This document shows, in pieces, positions 9,570-19,308 of a DNA stretch of 64,000 nucleotides. This stretch comes from Candidatus Micrarchaeota archaeon (GTDB taxonomy: Archaea > Micrarchaeota > Micrarchaeia > Anstonellales > Bilamarchaeaceae). The notes beneath the pieces were generated by a model. That model had not been told where the DNA came from. It ran no database searches and saw nothing but the letters and a program-made list of their open reading frames with translations. Numbering within the stretch: the stretch's first letter is position 1; every line of letters starts with the position of its first letter. The position numbers were made by a program, and so were the translations under genes. The DNA lies in assembly GCA_030648615.1 (NCBI GenBank), contig JAUSHJ010000071.1, forward strand, positions 830 to 64,829, given 5' to 3'.

Positions 9570-10868
9570 ATGAAAGTACTTCTTATAGGAAACGGAGCTC
9601 GTGAGCATATAATTGCTGAACGATTAGCTGAAGACTCTGAACTATACACGATAATGTCAAAGAAAAACCCTGCAATCGCACAATTATCCAAGAAGCACTG
9701 GATCTGTGATAGTGAAAATCCTGATGAAGTTGCTAAATGTATTACTGGACATGACTTCGATTTAGCATTTGCAAGTCCTGATGCTGTACTTGCTGCTGGA
9801 GTGAGCGACATTCTGGAAAAACACGGAATTCTGGTTGCTTCGCCTCTAAAATCAGCTGCAAGAATTGAGTGGGATAAAGCATTCATGAGAAGATTAATGC
9901 TAGAAAATAAAGTATCTGGACAAATCAAATATCAATTAGTTAATCATATAGAAGATGCACGAAAAGCAATTATGGAATTCGGAGAAGTTGCAATAAAACC
10001 AGTAGGTCTTACAGGTGGAAAAGGAGTCAGAGTAACTGGAGATCATTTTACTACCATCGAAGAAGGTATGACATATGTTACAGAAGTTTTCAAAAAAGAT
10101 GGACAGGTATTGATAGAAGAGAAATTAATTGGAGAAGAATTCAGTTTTCAGTGTTTTAGCGATGGAACACGAATAGCCGTAATGCCACCGGTTCAAGACC
10201 ATAAGAGAGCATTTGAAGGGGATATAGGTCCAAATACTGGAGGAATGGGCTCTTATTCTACTGGAAAATTACTTCCATTCCTAGAAGAAAAAGATATTGA
10301 ACAGGCAACAAAAATACTGCAAGAGACCGTACATGCAATGAAAAAGAATGGAACTCCATTCAAAGGAGTTCTCTATGGGCAATTCATGGCAACTAAAAAC
10401 GGTTTGAGAGTAGTGGAATTCAATTCCAGATTCGGTGATCCTGAAGCAATGAATGTTCTTGCAACTTTTGAAGGTTCGTTAGCTGATATGTTACTTTCAA
10501 TTACAGATGGAAAAATTGAACGAGCGAAGTTTAGCAATAAAGCAACAGTAGTGAAATATCTTGTGCCTGAAGGCTATCCTGATAAACCATTGAAAGATCA
10601 GCCAGTAACTATTGACAGCACGGTAATGGAACGAATTGGGGCTAAAATATATTACGCCTCAGTTTACGAAAAAGAAGGTGCAATTTACACCACTGGTTCG
10701 CGAGCATTCGGAATTCTCGGAGTTGCTGATAAACTGGAAGATGCTGAACAAATTGCAGAAGAAGGCTGTAGGTACGTGCAAGGAAAAATATGGCATAGGA
10801 AAGACATTGGAACTAAGGAATTAATTGAGAAACGAGTGCAACATATGAAAGAATTACGAAACATGTAA
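9570..10868 (+). CDS. purD: Phosphoribosylamine--glycine ligase
   Basis: MKVLLIGNGAREH, IKPVGLTGGKGV, QDHKRAFEGDIGPNTGGMGSYS, EFNSRFGDPE. Confidence 0.96.
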   Translation: MKVLLIGNGAREHIIAERLAEDSELYTIMSKKNPAIAQLSKKHWICDSENPDEVAKCITGHDFDLAFASPDAVLAAGVSDILEKHGILVASPLKSAARIEWDKAFMRRLMLENKVSGQIKYQLVNHIEDARKAIMEFGEVAIKPVGLTGGKGVRVTGDHFTTIEEGMTYVTEVFKKDGQVLIEEKLIGEEFSFQCFSDGTRIAVMPPVQDHKRAFEGDIGPNTGGMGSYSTGKLLPFLEEKDIEQATKILQETVHAMKKNGTPFKGVLYGQFMATKNGLRVVEFNSRFGDPEAMNVLATFEGSLADMLLSITDGKIERAKFSNKATVVKYLVPEGYPDKPLKDQPVTIDSTVMERIGAKIYYASVYEKEGAIYTTGSRAFGILGVADKLEDAEQIAEEGCRYVQGKIWHRKDIGTKELIEKRVQHMKELRNM

Positions 10869-10933
10869 TATGATTGGCATTTGGTACTAATTTATATCAA
10901 AATTAGTAAATAGTAAAAGAAAACGTTTATAAT

Positions 10934-10963
10934 AACTACTAATATATAGTAATATTAGTAGTT
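10934..10963. promoter_or_regulatory. Palindromic operator-like site over the Fic gene promoter
   Basis: AACTACTAATAT-ATAGTA-ATATTAGTAGTT (perfect 12-bp arms) between TATA-like TTTATAA (about 10926) and the ATG at 10973. Confidence 0.5.
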
Positions 10964-10972
10964 GTGATATAT

Positions 10973-12298
10973 ATGAAAATCCCGGAAAGACCACCACGTA
11001 TCGAAATGACAGAAGAACTGCTGAAATTATTACAAAACAGAGAAGTTTCCGAACTACTCAGAAAAATCAATGATGACTATCTAAGCTGGGAAGAAATAAA
11101 ACGACACTCTCCACTACCGGCAGGAATAGATGCAAAAAAGCTGTGGACACTTGTAAGAATGTCAAGAGGGCACATGTCAGATATTACTCTAGGGAGATAT
11201 TGGTTTTTTTTCAATTTATATACGTCCAGCAATATGCAACAAAAACTTCATGAAATAGATTTAAATAGCGGCGGCTTACCTGTTACAGGATTAAAGATAA
11301 GCAATGAAGATAAACGAATGTATGTTATAAGTTCCATGATGGAAGAAGCTATTGCATCAAGCCAACTAGAAGGGGCGGCAACAACAAGAAAAGTTGCCAA
11401 AGAAATGCTAAGAACTGGAAGAAAACCACGAAATGTCGCGGAAAAAATGATTCTTAACAACTATAATAGCATGAACAATTTGTCCAGCATGACTGAAAAA
11501 CCACTTACGATTGAATTGATAAGGGAAATACAAAGCACCATAACCAAAGATACACTGGAGAAAAAAGAGTGGGAAGGCAAGTTCAGAGATCATGATGAAT
11601 TAAGGGTCCATTGGAATCCAACTGGAGAAATTTTACATACCCCGCCGCAACACGAAGAGATTGAAGAATTATTAAAAAAATATTGTGAATTTGCAAATTC
11701 TAATGACGCACGATATATACATCCGGTTGTAAAAGCTGCGATATTACATTTTCTAATGGGGTATATCCATCCATTTGAAGATGGCAATGGAAGAACTGCA
11801 AGAACCATAACATATTGGTATTTGTTGAGAAATAGGTATTGGATTATAAAATTCATGACTATTTCAAGGGTAATAAATCATGCAAAGACTAAATACGCCC
11901 AAGCATATCTAAATTCGGAAACAGATGATAATGATATAACATATTTTATTAAATTTCAGATAGATGCCATAGATCAAGCATTAAAAGATTTACGAGATTA
12001 CATCAAAAGAAAACTAGAAGAAAAGAAAGACATGTACCGGTTCCTGAAAATACCTGGGATCAATGAAAGACAGGCACAAATACTTCTGGAATTTTTCAAT
12101 GAACCCAACAGAATAATGACGATTGAAGAAGTGGAAACACAATTCTTAGTAGTGTATCAAACCGCAAGAGTAGATATGCTAGTCTTAGAAAAAACTGGCT
12201 TCCTAGAAAAAAAGAAAGCTGGGAAGAAGCTGCTCTTCTTCAGAGCATATAAATTCGAAAAAGTATTAGATGAATACACCAAAACTGAAAATAAATGA
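10973..12298 (+). CDS. Fic-family protein with probable C-terminal winged HTH
   Basis: HPFEDGNGRTAR (canonical Fic motif); EEAIASSQLEG. Confidence 0.92.
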   Translation: MKIPERPPRIEMTEELLKLLQNREVSELLRKINDDYLSWEEIKRHSPLPAGIDAKKLWTLVRMSRGHMSDITLGRYWFFFNLYTSSNMQQKLHEIDLNSGGLPVTGLKISNEDKRMYVISSMMEEAIASSQLEGAATTRKVAKEMLRTGRKPRNVAEKMILNNYNSMNNLSSMTEKPLTIELIREIQSTITKDTLEKKEWEGKFRDHDELRVHWNPTGEILHTPPQHEEIEELLKKYCEFANSNDARYIHPVVKAAILHFLMGYIHPFEDGNGRTARTITYWYLLRNRYWIIKFMTISRVINHAKTKYAQAYLNSETDDNDITYFIKFQIDAIDQALKDLRDYIKRKLEEKKDMYRFLKIPGINERQAQILLEFFNEPNRIMTIEEVETQFLVVYQTARVDMLVLEKTGFLEKKKAGKKLLFFRAYKFEKVLDEYTKTENK

Positions 12299-12315
12299 AC
12301 TGAGGAGGTAAATTT

Positions 12316-12888
12316 ATGGACTTTGGAAATATTAGAATAGTATTCTCGATCATATTGGTTGCTCTGTTATTTGGCTGCGTTAACAATAATAAAACGAACG
12401 ATTCGAATAATCTTAAGATTACCAACAGTTATTCAGACGAGGTGGGAATAATGAAACTAAGTTCTGTATTCGATAATGGAGAAAATGTTCCGAAGAAATA
12501 CACTTGTGATGGAAATGACATAAACCCTGCACTGAAAATATCCGATGTTCCTGCAGCTGCAAAAAGCTTAGTGTTGATTGTGGATGATCCAGATGCACCT
12601 GGAGGGACGTTTGTTCATTGGATAGCCTATAACATAGATCCAAAAACAAAAGAGATTCCGGAAGGTGTTAGTTTGGGTACTGGAGGAATGAATGACTTTG
12701 GAACTACTAAATATGGCGGTCCGTGCCCGCCTCCTGGCTCTCCGCACACTTATAGATTCAAGCTTTATGCTGTAGATTTTGACAGTTGGCCTTTGTTTGA
12801 AATTCCTCCTGATAAGGCTGCAATAGAATCATTTATGGAAGGACACATTATTGCTCAGGCTGAACTAGATGGGAAATATCAGAGATAA
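12316..12888 (+). CDS. YbhB/YbcL (PEBP/Raf-kinase-inhibitor-like) lipoprotein
   Basis: LIVDDPDAPGGTFVHWIAYNI, YGGPCPPPGSPHTYRFKLYA; lipobox LLFGC. Confidence 0.9.
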   Translation: MDFGNIRIVFSIILVALLFGCVNNNKTNDSNNLKITNSYSDEVGIMKLSSVFDNGENVPKKYTCDGNDINPALKISDVPAAAKSLVLIVDDPDAPGGTFVHWIAYNIDPKTKEIPEGVSLGTGGMNDFGTTKYGGPCPPPGSPHTYRFKLYAVDFDSWPLFEIPPDKAAIESFMEGHIIAQAELDGKYQR

Positions 12889-12909
12889 TTTTTGCAATTA
12901 AATGTATAA

Positions 12910-14052
12910 TTAAGCCTCGCCTATCTCATGACTGCCAAAATTAATTGCTCCCGGATCAAAATGTTTTCTTAATAAAAGTATAAGATCTTCAGGAGGAACC
13001 GGAAGCATGGCAATGTCTTGTTCGGATATACCATCACCGTGCTTAACTTTTACATCTGCAATTATTCGCTGTCCAATATCTTCAAAAAATGGAAATGTCA
13101 GTAAAATATTTGCAACTGCCACGGAAAATTGAGGATCATCACTCTCATTTAAGCTTATTCTTATCTGCTCCAATTCGCTTTCAATCATGAAAAGTTTTTT
13201 CTCCTTACAGTTATCTCCTAGTATTTTTGCACTAACCATGCCATAGGTTTTCAGCCCTTCATAAGCTACTGCAAGACATAGACAAGTTGGTTGCTTTTCC
13301 ATAATCTTCTGACGCAATACGGCTACAGCCAGGATACATTTATTTAAATAACTGCGATTAGACTGTAGATAACCTATGGCTGTCAATGTATCAATGTCCT
13401 TGATGAATGATTTGCTTTCAAAACTTTCTAAAGATAATGAAAAAAGCTCTTCGTTTCTTGCGATTCTTCTAATTCCAAGACAGGTTAATAACCCATAAAT
13501 TGGAAGTAGTACGACTCCGGTTAAAGGCAAAAATGGAATAGTAATTGCAGATGCTACTGCCAACCCACTATGTAACCATAATACATTTCGCTGAGCTAAA
13601 GAACGAAATCTGAATGCTTCGATATTAAGAACCCGCATTGCATTTAGTATTAATTCTCCGGGCACTTCTGGTTTTTCTTTTTTATTTCTATATTTATGCT
13701 CAAAATCTTCTATAACATGCCCCAACACATACGCTACACGTTCTCTTACGCCTGAATATAGTTCTTCTTTGGATGCGCAAAATAACAATTCTTTTATTAG
13801 TTGTTCTGATAGTTCTGTAGCTGTTCCAGCTTCGAGTAGCAGTGTTTTTTCTAATCCTTCGATTGCTTTCTTTGGTCCTCGATCCAACTTCACTTCGATC
13901 TCTTTTGCCCTTTCTTCCGTTAACCCGCATCGTTCACCAAGCATTAGTTCTGGATTCCTATATCTTCCGAAAACTACACGAGGTGCAAAGAATGGATGTG
14001 CCTTGGTAGTTGTAATAAGATGATTTACTACTTCTTTTGCCAGATTCCTCAT
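12910..14052 (-). CDS. Hypothetical membrane protein (orphan)
   Basis: Long ORF with one hydrophobic hairpin; start moved to ATG 14052, 26 nt from the TATA box. Confidence 0.6.
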   Translation of the reverse strand: MRNLAKEVVNHLITTTKAHPFFAPRVVFGRYRNPELMLGERCGLTEERAKEIEVKLDRGPKKAIEGLEKTLLLEAGTATELSEQLIKELLFCASKEELYSGVRERVAYVLGHVIEDFEHKYRNKKEKPEVPGELILNAMRVLNIEAFRFRSLAQRNVLWLHSGLAVASAITIPFLPLTGVVLLPIYGLLTCLGIRRIARNEELFSLSLESFESKSFIKDIDTLTAIGYLQSNRSYLNKCILAVAVLRQKIMEKQPTCLCLAVAYEGLKTYGMVSAKILGDNCKEKKLFMIESELEQIRISLNESDDPQFSVAVANILLTFPFFEDIGQRIIADVKVKHGDGISEQDIAMLPVPPEDLILLLRKHFDPGAINFGSHEIGEA

Positions 14053-14068
14053 AAATATTATATAGATC

Positions 14069-14108
14069 AACAGATTTATAAACATTTTGACATAAAGTAT
14101 AACTTATG
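14069..14108 (+). promoter_or_regulatory. Promoter copy 1: AACAGATTTATAAACATT-N11-TATAACTTATG
   Basis: TATA box TTTATAAA; both blocks and the spacing recur exactly at 14650-14689. Confidence 0.7.
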
Positions 14109-14621
14109 ATTATTCAGGTAAAAAAAGGATTAGTAGAACCTAATTTCAAAGATGGACCAAAGGAAACTAGACGAATCAGACGAGATGCACTAGACAGTTT
14201 CCTAAAACATCTTTTATTCGAAGAACCATTTAAAGGTGTAAAGGTAAATAGAAGCACTGCCTGTTTTGAATTTAAAGGAACAAGTGTGGTTACAGAATAT
14301 ACACCAGACACAGTTATGGGCATCATGATAGCGCGTGGAAACGTATTAAATCCATATACAGAACCAATTATAGAGATAGAATGTGCTTCGCTTGTAAATA
14401 GTGTAGGAATAGATATTGCCTTTAGTTTTGCTAAAAAATGCCAGAACGTACAAACTATAGGCCAAAATGTCAGACCTGGTACTTCAATGGTATCCGTATC
14501 ATCTAATGACGTACCATCGCAAACTGATCATGAAAACATTGTAATTGTATCAGCTTTGAGCGTACCGACCAGAATCACGCTTCGTATGAACGATAGAACA
14601 GTAACATGTGAGATAGAGTAA
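14106..14621 (+). CDS. Hypothetical protein (orphan)
   Basis: 171-aa ORF with leaderless start behind the promoter above. Confidence 0.6.
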   Translation: MIIQVKKGLVEPNFKDGPKETRRIRRDALDSFLKHLLFEEPFKGVKVNRSTACFEFKGTSVVTEYTPDTVMGIMIARGNVLNPYTEPIIEIECASLVNSVGIDIAFSFAKKCQNVQTIGQNVRPGTSMVSVSSNDVPSQTDHENIVIVSALSVPTRITLRMNDRTVTCEIE

Positions 14622-14649
14622 ACAAAATCATGGTGAGACCGAGTATGTA

Positions 14650-14689
14650 AACAGATTTATAAACATTAACCCACTAATTATAACTTATG
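14650..14689 (+). promoter_or_regulatory. Promoter copy 2: AACAGATTTATAAACATT-N11-TATAACTTATG
   Basis: Identical 18-nt and 11-nt blocks to 14069-14108. Confidence 0.7.
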
Positions 14690-16045
14690 CATACATTAGT
14701 AACTGGAAGATCAACAAAAATTAGCCCAGTATTATTTGATTTTACTACAAGAACAGTTACTTTTAGAGAACCTATTTTCAGTGGAGTGCCGTCAGATAGA
14801 TTAGCTACAAAATTATCTGCACTGTGGAAAGCAGAACCTGATAGAGCTAGTGCATCCCCAGAAACGGTTAGACGGATCGTGAATGTATATGCAATTATTT
14901 ACGCTGATTTGTATAGACTAAATCCTGAACTAGCAGATAACGCTACGAAAATAATGGAAAAGCTCCCATTTGAATTATGCTATAAATACGCAAAATTAGT
15001 TGTAGGTGCATTTTTACATAAAGAAAAATTTGGTGAGATATTAGGTTTTCTTTTAAATCCAAAAAATATAGAACTGATAAAAAGATATGCACTTAGCAAC
15101 GATAATGCCTCTAGACCACCATCTAATATTGCAGGAATTCCTTTGATTGATTCCGGTGTTCTGAATTCTGTTTTAGCTAGTGAACAAAGAACTGCACTGA
15201 TAACTGAGCTTACTCATGAATATGGCTATTATGAAATGGAATTAAATCTATTGAGAAAAAATATGCCTAAGATAGCTGAAAAAATCGGATGTAATGAGAA
15301 TTATGGGATAGTAGCTCTAGGCCCAGATGTTGAAAAAACACAGGAAATTATTACTGCTGTAGATGCACAACATGGCAACAGTGGAAGAGTATTGTTGGTC
15401 GATTCGAATTTAACTGCACTTGACAATACTTGTGCTGGTTTAGTTGAAAAAGGTTATGAAAAAAGAATTATAAGAACACATTATACATTTGAGCAGCTAG
15501 TTGAATTAGGAATTCCTGTAGAAATGGCACAGAGTACCATAGTCACAACTAACCTAGGAACTACTTTCTGCAATTTACCTCCATGGATAAACTTCCAGGT
15601 TATGAATGCGATTAGAACTAAATATGCTCTAATTGGATTATATACGCTTAATGAAAATCACAGCAATATCACGGATATCATGTTTGCTTACACCGGAAAT
15701 GCAATGAGAGAACAGGCAAAAGTTGGTGCAATGTTACTTGGTATTAGTGCTGAAGATGTAGACAAATGCGACTATAACATATACATGTATCGAATTGATT
15801 TCAGCAATAGATATGGGTCAGAACTTAAAAACGTAGAAGTTCTTATAGCGGCATTTGATGTAAATGAAAAAATAGAAAGCGGATTAGGAAAGATATACCA
15901 ACCAGGACAAAGAATAGGTGGATTTTACTCGATAAAATATACACCATCACAATTTCGCAGAATTGCTGCAATACATGGATATTCTACTGAACATAACGTA
16001 CATAATGATGATGTTGGAATTTATCTATTGAAAAAAGATGGTTAA
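14687..16045 (+). CDS. Hypothetical protein with EgtD-like (Methyltransf_33) C-terminal domain
   Basis: Ordered motifs IVALGPDVEKT, VLLVDSN, NLGTTFCNL, LIGLY...AYT, YSIKYTPSQFRRIAAIHG resemble EgtD LGSG..KT / IDIS / GSTIGNF / LIGVD..AYND / SYKY; the glycine loop is degenerate. Confidence 0.5.
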   Translation: MHTLVTGRSTKISPVLFDFTTRTVTFREPIFSGVPSDRLATKLSALWKAEPDRASASPETVRRIVNVYAIIYADLYRLNPELADNATKIMEKLPFELCYKYAKLVVGAFLHKEKFGEILGFLLNPKNIELIKRYALSNDNASRPPSNIAGIPLIDSGVLNSVLASEQRTALITELTHEYGYYEMELNLLRKNMPKIAEKIGCNENYGIVALGPDVEKTQEIITAVDAQHGNSGRVLLVDSNLTALDNTCAGLVEKGYEKRIIRTHYTFEQLVELGIPVEMAQSTIVTTNLGTTFCNLPPWINFQVMNAIRTKYALIGLYTLNENHSNITDIMFAYTGNAMREQAKVGAMLLGISAEDVDKCDYNIYMYRIDFSNRYGSELKNVEVLIAAFDVNEKIESGLGKIYQPGQRIGGFYSIKYTPSQFRRIAAIHGYSTEHNVHNDDVGIYLLKKDG

Positions 16046-17007
16046 ACCTTTGGAATATATTCCAGCAATGGTTCTGCATAGTTAAGCATCGTATCATAAT
16101 CTATGATTATATCAGAAAATTGAGATTTGAACTCTCTTATGAATTCGTGCAATTCATTTGTTCCTTTTACCATTATTTCAAATTCAAGATTGTGCATACC
16201 CATGGGTTTTGTAATGTAAATTACAGAAGGGTGTAAACGCAGATAGGTATGAAGTTTCTTTTGTTTCTCTTTTGTAAAATTTTGTAACGTCAGAAATACC
16301 TTCTGGTGATCATAGCCAAGAAGTCTTGTGTTTAGTTTGGTTCTAAAACCAATAATTACTTCTTTCTTTATTAAATTTCTGATTCTATAGTCAACTGTTT
16401 TTGGGCTATTGCTAAGTTTCTTTGCTATATCTATTATTGACATTCTTGCATTGGAAGATAGCACATGAATAATTGCAAGATCGATATGATCTACTTTTAC
16501 AGGAATGTTTTCTCCAAGAATTAGCTCTTTTGTATCTTCAGTACCGTATAAGTAATTGTGCTTATAGTGATATATCCTGAATGCAATAGTCAAATAAGGA
16601 TTTTGGAAGTATGCTCCAAATTTTGAGCTTAGGTCATCGTATAGTGTTTCTATCTCACCAAGGTTTTTAGCCAAGATAACAATAGTTATATCCCACTTGC
16701 CTTCGCCTAAAGCGACCCAGGTAATTAAACTAGATTTTTTGCAGTATTCTAATAATTTTTCTTCACTCTCATGTAACATAACCCTGTACTTCAAGAAAAA
16801 TCTACAATAGATCAGACCAAGTTTTGATACGTCCAAAGCAGTATAGTAACCTTCAATTACTCCTTTTTTTTCTAATTGCTGAATTCTGTAATAGACTACT
16901 TCTCTTGAAAGCCCGACTTTTTTTGCAATTGCTGAAAGTGACTGTCTTGCTCCCATATCTAATTCGTAAAGAATTTTTTTATCTTTGATATCCAGAAGTT
17001 CTTCCAT
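16042..17007 (-). CDS. Tandem-duplicated Lrp/AsnC regulator
   Basis: Two HTH-AsnC units (DIKDKKILYELDMGARQSLSAIAKKVG; DHIDLAIIHVLSSNARMSIIDIAKKL). Confidence 0.9.
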   Translation of the reverse strand: MEELLDIKDKKILYELDMGARQSLSAIAKKVGLSREVVYYRIQQLEKKGVIEGYYTALDVSKLGLIYCRFFLKYRVMLHESEEKLLEYCKKSSLITWVALGEGKWDITIVILAKNLGEIETLYDDLSSKFGAYFQNPYLTIAFRIYHYKHNYLYGTEDTKELILGENIPVKVDHIDLAIIHVLSSNARMSIIDIAKKLSNSPKTVDYRIRNLIKKEVIIGFRTKLNTRLLGYDHQKVFLTLQNFTKEKQKKLHTYLRLHPSVIYITKPMGMHNLEFEIMVKGTNELHEFIREFKSQFSDIIIDYDTMLNYAEPLLEYIPKV

Positions 17008-17127
17008 AATTTACATTTAAGATAAAACATTATAAAAATATTACTTTTTCGTAAAAGTTATCATCAAAGATTTAATATTAAAGATAAACACTAGTCATCA
17101 CTAATTAAAACATGATAGGTGATGACG

Positions 17128-18171
17128 ATGTCTAGATTAAAAAAACCACGAGTGCTAGTTATAGAAACAGGCGGAACGATTGCCCAAAAAAGAAGTCGGG
17201 ATGGAGTATTCAGACCTGCAGAAAATGAAGCAAACTTAATTGATAGAATAAAAAGTGTATTTAGATTTGCAGATGTTAAAACTGAAAAACTAGCAAAAAT
17301 GATTGATAGTACAAACATGCTTACAGAGCAAAGAGCAATGATAGCAAATATAATTTATCATAATGCAAATGAATTTGAGGGTTTTGTTATAACTCATGGA
17401 ACAGATACCATGGCAGATACTGCAGCAGCATTAACTTTTATGTTACAAGATTTAGGAAAACCAATAGTATTAACAGGATCTCAGATTTCCATTTATGAAC
17501 CGAGAAGCGATGGGATGGGAAATTTGATTGCGGCGATAAGAACGGCAACACAAGATTATGGAGAAGTAGTGATAGCATTCGGAAACGGAGTATGGAGAGG
17601 TCCTAGAACGATCAAAGATGATGAAGAAGGATTTAATGCATTTTTATCTCCAAGAACACCCCAGATTGGAAAAATTGGAATTACCATTGAGCCTGACTAT
17701 GGTAGAATAAAAAGGCATAAAGCAGAAACAAGATTATTTACTAAATTTGATACTAGCATTGGATTTTTCTATCCGATGTCAGGAGTAAGCGTGGATACGT
17801 TTTCTGCCCAAGTTCGAGATCCAAATATACATGGATTCGTGATGGTTGGTTTTGGTGCTGGAAATATACCTGAAGTTTATTATGAAGGAATAAAAGAAGC
17901 TACAAGAGTTCATAAACCGGTATTAGTTGTAACTCAATGCCTGAAAGGCGCAGCAGATATGGGAATATACGAAGTTGGTGCAGTTCCACTTAGACTAGGT
18001 GCTATTTCTGGAGGAGACATGACGATGCAAACTGCTACTCAAAAACTTATGTATGCTTTAGGAAGAGCAAATGTAGAAAAAGTTGGTGATACTCGGAGAA
18101 TTGATTTTGTTAAACACATAATTTATACAGATTATGCCCATGAAATCGGCAATACTGAAAGAAAAATATAA
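17128..18171 (+). CDS. ansA: L-asparaginase, type I
   Basis: IETGGTIA, ITHGTDTMADTAAAL, PIVLTGSQ; SD AGGTGA 5 nt before ATG 17128. Confidence 0.9.
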   Translation: MSRLKKPRVLVIETGGTIAQKRSRDGVFRPAENEANLIDRIKSVFRFADVKTEKLAKMIDSTNMLTEQRAMIANIIYHNANEFEGFVITHGTDTMADTAAALTFMLQDLGKPIVLTGSQISIYEPRSDGMGNLIAAIRTATQDYGEVVIAFGNGVWRGPRTIKDDEEGFNAFLSPRTPQIGKIGITIEPDYGRIKRHKAETRLFTKFDTSIGFFYPMSGVSVDTFSAQVRDPNIHGFVMVGFGAGNIPEVYYEGIKEATRVHKPVLVVTQCLKGAADMGIYEVGAVPLRLGAISGGDMTMQTATQKLMYALGRANVEKVGDTRRIDFVKHIIYTDYAHEIGNTERKI

Positions 18172-18266
18172 AAGTAAACTATTTTAAATCATTCGAACTT
18201 AAATTAACATAATCTAACAGTCAGCTTAATCCATGACTTGATTAAAATAAATGATCAGATGATACC

Positions 18267-19277
18267 ATGCAACAGCAATTAAGATTTATTAGACCAGAAC
18301 GAAGGCTAACTATAAAAGAAATTCGAGTAACAGCAGCCAGAGCAATGGAACAAGGAGAAGTAGCACTAGCTTCGGAAAAATACCCTATAAAATCAAAAGT
18401 ATATGGAAATGATATAACAGATCACATGGGTTTATTCAACAAGATAGCTTATGGCAACTTTAGGGCAAAATATGGTGGAGAACAGATAGAACCAGAAGAA
18501 TTTTTCAGTGAACTTGTTTGTAAAACCCAGGAAAGATGGGAAAGTTTTGATCCTTTAAAAAATAAAAGTAGAGCTGCATTCATATATTTTATTGCAAGAG
18601 GAGTACTATCACAAATGCTAGTAAAAGGACGAATTGATGATGGAAAATATGTAAGAAAAGCAGTTAATAATTTTAGACATCTTAGGGAAGAAATGAGACA
18701 ACTTAGGGGCAAACTAGAAGAAAAAGGTCTTGACCTGATTCCACTATTAAGCAAATACGAAACGACTCTTAAGGTATTTGAAGAAATGCAAAGAACTATG
18801 ACCGTAAGAGAAATGGCTATGGAACTTGTTTTAAAAAAATATGAAATACCGAAAGACGCTTACTTAAGAGCTAATGAAGCAAGAAAAGGAGAAATGAGTT
18901 TGGACGCACAGAGAAAAAATAGAGATGGTGAAGATACTGGAACATTTATGGATAGCGTACTTGTAGACAGAGAAACTCCAGATAATATCGTAGCAGATGG
19001 TCAGTTAAAAGATATATTAAGAAGTGCCATAAGAACAGCAATTGAAAACGTACTCGCCAAAAGACCAAAAAAAGAAAGAGATCTGGAAATCATAGGAGTT
19101 ATGGCTGATGGTGATGAAGAAAGCTTTGCAGACATTGGAAGAAGATATGTCATATCAAGGGCAAGAATTGGTCAAGTAAGAGATCAACTTAAAGCCAAAA
19201 TAAGAACTGAATTAGAACATGGTTTAGCAGAGCATGGCGGTGCTGCCAGAATTTTAGAATTAATTAGTAGTCAGTAA
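18267..19277 (+). CDS. Sigma70-like protein with regions 2, 3 and 4
   Basis: WESFDPLKNKSRAAFIYFIARGVLSQML (regions 2.3/2.4), RTMTVREMAMEL (region 3), MSLDAQRKNRDGEDTGTFMDSV (region 3.2), ESFADIGRRYVISRARIGQVRDQLKAKIR (region 4.2 HTH). Confidence 0.75.
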   Translation: MQQQLRFIRPERRLTIKEIRVTAARAMEQGEVALASEKYPIKSKVYGNDITDHMGLFNKIAYGNFRAKYGGEQIEPEEFFSELVCKTQERWESFDPLKNKSRAAFIYFIARGVLSQMLVKGRIDDGKYVRKAVNNFRHLREEMRQLRGKLEEKGLDLIPLLSKYETTLKVFEEMQRTMTVREMAMELVLKKYEIPKDAYLRANEARKGEMSLDAQRKNRDGEDTGTFMDSVLVDRETPDNIVADGQLKDILRSAIRTAIENVLAKRPKKERDLEIIGVMADGDEESFADIGRRYVISRARIGQVRDQLKAKIRTELEHGLAEHGGAARILELISSQ

Positions 19278-19308
19278 CTTTTTATTCTTATCAAATCTTA
19301 TTCTAATC

